DNA from: Macrostomum lignano
Lineage: Eukaryota
DNA: 64,000 bases
Direction: 5' to 3'
Assembly: GCA_002269645.1 (NCBI GenBank)
Contig: NIVC01002857.1
Location: 1 to 64,000 of the forward strand
Position 1 is the stretch's first letter; each line of letters opens with the position of its first letter. The notes beneath the pieces are model-generated. The model had not been told where the DNA came from and did no database searches. It saw nothing but the letters and a program-made list of their open reading frames with translations. Shown in pieces: positions 58,882 to 64,000 of the stretch. The position numbers and the translations under genes are program-made.

Positions 58882-60776
58882 ATGCGACAGAGCATTCTGC
58901 TGCTGCTTCTGGGCCTCTGCGTCTCTTCAATCTACTCTAGCGGGGAGAGCACCTTCAGAGAAGTCTGCTACGATGGACTGGGCTGCTTCAGCACCCGAGG
59001 GAACTTTTATGACTCCGTCAACCGACCGATTCAGGTGCTGCCGCAGGATCCCGACAGAATTCGGCCGACCTTTGCCCTGTACACCAGGCGCAACGTTAAC
59101 ACTGCTCAGAACCTGGTCTACAACAACAGGGACAGCGTGAGGAAGTCCAACTTCAGGTCAAGCGTACCAACTAAGATCATCATTCACGGCTTTACGGACA
59201 ACGGAAACTCCGATTGGAACAAGGCGATGAAGGTTGCTCTGTTGAACGCAGGCGACTACAATGTCATCCAGCTGGACTGGAGTCAGGGCAACGGCTATCC
59301 TTACACGTTGGTAAGTTGCTATAACTCACCTGACTCACCTGATCGCCTGGTTGTAAGGTATAAACTATAATATTCAATGCGGCAGCTGACTTTAGTTGCA
59401 ACCCGGAAGAATTCAAAGAACCCAACCAAACCACAGGCCACGGCAAATACCCGTGTCATAGGCGCCCTCGTCGCTCAGTTCATCGTCTGGCTGGAGTCGA
59501 ACTTTGGCGCCAACCGGGAGAACTTCCACCTCATCGGCCACAGCCTGGGTGCTCACGTTTCCGGCTACGCAGGCGAAAGGTTGAGCACTGGAAGCAAGAA
59601 GCTGGGCCGCATCACAGGAATGGACCCCGCCGGACCCTACTTTGAGTACACTCATCCGGAGGTTCGACTCGATCCAACCGATGCTCGGTTCGTTGACGCG
59701 ATCCACACCGACGGAGACAGCACGTTGAGCATCATCAAACTTTCGGGCGGGTTCGGTCTGATGCAGCCGGTGGGACACGTAGACTTCTACCCGAACGGAG
59801 GCAAGTCGCAGCCAAACTGCAACGAACCACCGAGCGATAGTGTCAGCGGCATCATCGGCGGCACAGTCTGGCGCATGACTTGCAGTCACAATCGCGTTCG
59901 TGCAATGATGATCAGCACCATTGCCAATCCGCGACGCAATTATGTGGTGAGTTTGCCATTCTTTTGTTTAAAGTGGTGTCATGTGTTGATTACTAGTTTA
60001 GCAGATGGATGCGGATGATTTATCAAAACATGACTATCGTTACGTGGTGAAATGAGTCAATTCTATTATTATTCAAAAATGCCTGCAGGCCTATCCCTGT
60101 GCCAGCTACGAGGACTTCAAGGCTGGAAGGTGCAGGACCTGCGGCACCACTGGCTGCGCCAGCATGGGCATGCGAGCTGCCGAATGGAGGCCCAACGGCC
60201 GAGTGAACGTGAAGATGTTCTTGGACACTGCCGGCACTGAGCCATTCGAGAGTGAGAGCAGTTTTCGAAATAACTACTAGACATATATGCAATTTTTATC
60301 TAAATTGCTGTTGCTGATGGACCAATGCAGACTGCATTTGACACATACGACAGGATTAGTAGATAGATACATGCATTATAATAAGAGGTTGTAGCCAAGT
60401 GGTCAGAGCGTCGGACTTACGACAGCAAGGTCGGGGGTTCGATTCTCGATCCACTCGGAACAATTTGTGTCCTTGAGCAAGACACTTAACTCTGCATTGC
60501 TTCAGTTCACCCAGCTGTAAAATGGGTGCCAGCATTAGGTGGGGTAATTCAGGGTGTGTGGCGACCTCCCAGTCGTTGGACTGAACAGCCGTACGCAGCC
60601 TTCAGATGCGCCGCGCAATAGCTGCGGCTGAGCTGTTGTTGGTTGCAAAGGTGCCTATTAGGGCAGGCGTAATCAATTATTAATATCATTAGATAAATAT
60701 TTTGTACAAGATATGCTACAGACTTTAATACATTGTGATGAAACCCGTAATTTTATTCCTCCCAGGTCGAGGTTAG
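58882..60776 (+). CDS. Secreted pancreatic-lipase-family lipase 1, ~370 aa, no PLAT domain
   Basis: Exons 58882-59310, 59437-59946, 60089-60251, 60766-60776 (GT-AG, in phase). Signal peptide MRQSILLLLLGLC; oxyanion HGF; triad GHSLG / GMDPAGP / CSHNR; Cys-bounded lid. The last exon is inferred; read-through would stop at 60280. Confidence 0.9.
60385..60684 (+). mobile_element. tRNA-derived SINE in lipase intron 3
   Basis: A box TAGCCAAGTGG, B box GGTTCGATTCT, and the same core and AT-rich tail as 41227-41530 with scattered substitutions. Confidence 0.85.
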
Positions 60777-61762
60777 ACTGCTATCTGTTCCAATACGCTT
60801 CACTGGACGTCAACAAAACGGGACGAAATCTATTTTAAAACGAATTATCATTTTACAAAAATAAACAAAAATATGCGCACAAAACGTTTCACTACTAAGT
60901 AGCAATACGTAATCATATTAATTTAAACAGTCTTTGACTTTGTGTTTAAAAACTGTTTTGTCTGATGTGCGAGCGTATTTCTGTGTGGTCGCTTGTTGCA
61001 GATCAGCTGAATGAGTGTCCATGTAGCTCGTAAATGGCGAGAGAGCCTTCTCGCTGCTTGAAGGTATACACTGTGGTCTTGATTGAGACAGAAAGCAAGC
61101 CCTCCCCCCTAGCGACTAAATAAATGTGTTTTAGATATCAAGATAGAGCGTAAAAAAGATTAATTAGGAATGAGTTATAGCAACATAGGAGTGCTCTGAA
61201 TCCTATGACTGGTAGTTCCTAAATTGGAACTTCTGGTAGAATTTTTGCAAGTCGACAATCCGGAGAAAGTTGAAAAATTTGCTCAAATACGAAATTCAAA
61301 TACGAAAATACGAATACTAGTTTACTGTCATATCTACCATTATTACGAGTGTTTGTTTTTTACAACAATTACAAAATTTAACTCGTGCATATTGGTTTAA
61401 GCTGTCACGACGGAATTCTAAGGACGCGTTTGCGGCAAACACGCGCAGGGGAGCCCTTATCGAAACGTTCTCCAGTGTCCCCTAAGCTGAGTGATATCGT
61501 TGCATTTAAACAGTCATGCTCGCAGGATCATTAAAAAACGAAACGAAAAGAGTCAGTTATATTTCTTATAATTTTTTCTATCAGCATTTAACTAATTCAT
61601 TTTAAGTAGTCCAATTAAACAATTTTGATTGATTTAAAAACGTAGTGTAGCTATGTGATCTATGCCTGACAGATCTTTAGATAAATGTTGCAAATTTAGT
61701 AAGTCAGTTAGTTAACACCATCAATTTATTGACTTCTTAATTGCGTCTTAGATTCTCAATAT

Positions 61763-62606
61763 ACAACAACAAGACAACAACAAAATACGCGGTCAGCGTC
61801 GCTGGCCTCAGGGCCAGGTCATGAGCGAACGCCACGCCGCTGGCCGAATCCGGGGCGCCTAGGTCAGCCAGCTGGCAGTCGACGAAACGCCGAGTGCGGC
61901 GCCTGCCCCCGCCGGTAGGGTGCCTGCAGCGTCAGCAGCAGAACTCCTCTGCACCGGCTGTGGGCAGTACGACTCGGCTCGGATGCCAGCTGGAGTCGCC
62001 GACGGCGCAACAGGTCGCCTGGACAGACCAGGCCGGCGCGGTGATACAAAAAGCCGCGTTGGTGACTCGCTCGTCGCCGATCTTGAAGGCGGAGCGCAGA
62101 AGGTCAGCATGCCGCGTCAACTTGTTGCTCGAGCCAATCCGTCCAGGTCTCGGCGTTGTACAGCAGGACGGTCTCGATCAACGCCTGGAACAACGCCGCC
62201 CTCTGGCGGTCAGGTAAGGCCTCGGAATGCAGGCTGCCCTCACAGAACGAAAGGCAGCCCAGGCAAGCCCGCGGCGACGCCGCAAATCCTCGCGGACGCC
62301 GGGAACCAGACCGCCGAGGTAGACAAACTGCTGACAACGCGGAAGCCACATCGCCTGTCCATCAGCGCCTCGGCACAAAATCGCAGCCTCGATGTCGTCC
62401 GGCACGCAGAGCACGACGGTTTTTTGCGTGTTGACGCAAAAACTAGCGTCTCCAGTTGTCGCTGGGCGCCCTCGACAGTTGAAGACAGCAGGGCGAGATC
62501 GTCGGCGTAGCCAAGCACACTAAGCCGCCTCACCGGTTGACGTCGACCCACGCATCGCCGTCGTCGTTGTTAGGAAGAGCGATCCGCAGCATCCAGTCAA
62601 GCACCC
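61763..62606 (-). mobile_element. 5'-truncated RTE-like retrotransposon, related to but diverged from 54192-57425
   Basis: LSVLGYADDLALLSSTVEGAQR, FVYLGGLV, LLYNAETWT; (TTG)n-like tail. Confidence 0.88.
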
Positions 62607-63202
62607 GGTCTTCTGAGTTATACTCAGAATAATAACGCTAAAAAACGAAAGAATCGTGTTTGCCCCTTTCTCCTTCTGAGTATAACGTGTGTGTCATTTA
62701 ATGTGCATTTTCAAGACCAACTCGATTTACCAGCATGTACTGCTCATAGATTTCGACCTTATTTTGCCACTTACTAGAGATTCTTTTACTCGCTCTACAA
62801 TTTTTCTTATCGAATCGCTCGACTAATGGTGCGTTCAATTTGTTTTCCAGTTTAACCACCTTATCAGCATAGCATTTGGAATAATTCACATCGACTTCAC
62901 TTAATCCTCTGGAAAAAAATAACAAAATTTATTGCACATAATTTATGCCTAATCCTAAATTCCTTAGCATTATCTGGTCTCTGCGTCCATGACGTCATTG
63001 TTTTAAAGAATGGAAAATCGCTACAGAAAATTCATGGGAAATAGGAACCTGTAATTTTCTCTCAGCCCAATTACGAGCGTATATCGCCTACTTAAACAGA
63101 GGTAAGTATGGTGCCATTATTTTACAGCTGCTCAAAGGTATAGTTCAATCGTTACCCCATAGTTAATAAGTACAATACAACTTTGTCGCCTGAAAACACG
63201 CC

Positions 63203-64000
63203 ATGCGACAAAGCATTCTGCTGCTGCTTCTGGGCCTCTGCGTCTGCTCAATCTACTCTAGTGAGGAGAGCACCTTCAGAGAAGTCTGCTACGTTGGACT
63301 GGGCTGCTTCAGCACCCGAGGGAACTTCTATGATTCCGTCAACCGACCGATTCAGGTGCTGCCGCAGGATCCCGACAGAATTCGACCGACCTTTGCCCTG
63401 TACACCAGGCGCAATGTCAACACTGCTCAGAACCTGGTCTACAACAACAGGGACAGCGTGAGTAAATCCAACTTCAGGTCTAATGTGCCAACAAAGATCG
63501 TTATTCACGGATTCACTGGCAACGGTAACTCTGATTGGAACCAATCGATGAAGCGCGCCCTGTTAAACGAAGGCGACTACAATGTGATTCAGCTGGACTG
63601 GAGTCGGGGCAGTGGCTTTCCATTCACGCAAGTAAGTACTGGACAAAGTCCTTTATCGCATGCATATTGAACAATCCTTCGTGAAGAAAACTTCTCTCAA
63701 GTTTAAATTAATTAGAGCAACTAAAAACAACCAACCCTCTGAAGGCTACGGCGAACACCCGTGTCGTCGGCGCCCTCGTCGCCCAGTTCATCGTCTGGCT
63801 GGAGTCGAACTTTGGCGCCAACCGGGAGAACTTCCACCTCATCGGCCACAGCCTAGGTGCTCACGTTTCCGGCTACGCAGGCGAACGATTGAACACCAGA
63901 AACAAGAAGCTGGGCCGCATCTCCGGATTGGATCCAGCCGGACCCTACTTCGAGAACACTCATCCGGAGGTTCGACTCGATCCAACTGATGCTCGGTTCG
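63203..64000 (+). CDS. Pancreatic-lipase-family lipase 2, tandem paralog, truncated by window end
   Basis: Exon 1 63203-63631 (429 nt, same length as in lipase 1). Exon 2 starts at 63745 and contains GHSLG and GLDPAGP. Confidence 0.9.

Noticed and set aside
54192-64000. RTE-lipase-RTE-lipase as one duplicated unit
   Set aside because: The two RTE copies are clearly diverged and the DNA between each RTE and its lipase is not similar, unlike the near-identical lipase exon 1. Independent insertions are more likely.

Overview
Eukaryotic, intron-rich, minisatellite-dense animal DNA. Poly-Gln exons and repeat style suggest a Macrostomum-like flatworm, but that is inference only. The dominant structure is a ~17 kb inverted duplication: arm L ~486-17900 and arm R 26591-43804, separated by a ~8 kb unique spacer and a 741-N scaffold gap. 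Each arm carries exons 2-7 of a PDZ-domain, Q-rich gene and a rolling-stone-like membrane-protein gene nested antisense in its first intron. Exon 1 of the PDZ gene exists only once, in the spacer, oriented to serve arm L. The outer breakpoint lies inside a mariner element. The duplication may be a real palindrome or two alleles/homeologs scaffolded head-to-head; the sequence alone cannot decide. To the right lie an RYBP/YAF2 gene with an uninterrupted ORF, a decayed hAT transposon with exact 8-bp TSDs, two RTE-like retrotransposons, and two tandem pancreatic-lipase-family genes. About a dozen unrelated minisatellites, tRNA-derived SINEs and MITEs are scattered through the window. No CRISPR array, rRNA or true tRNA gene was found.
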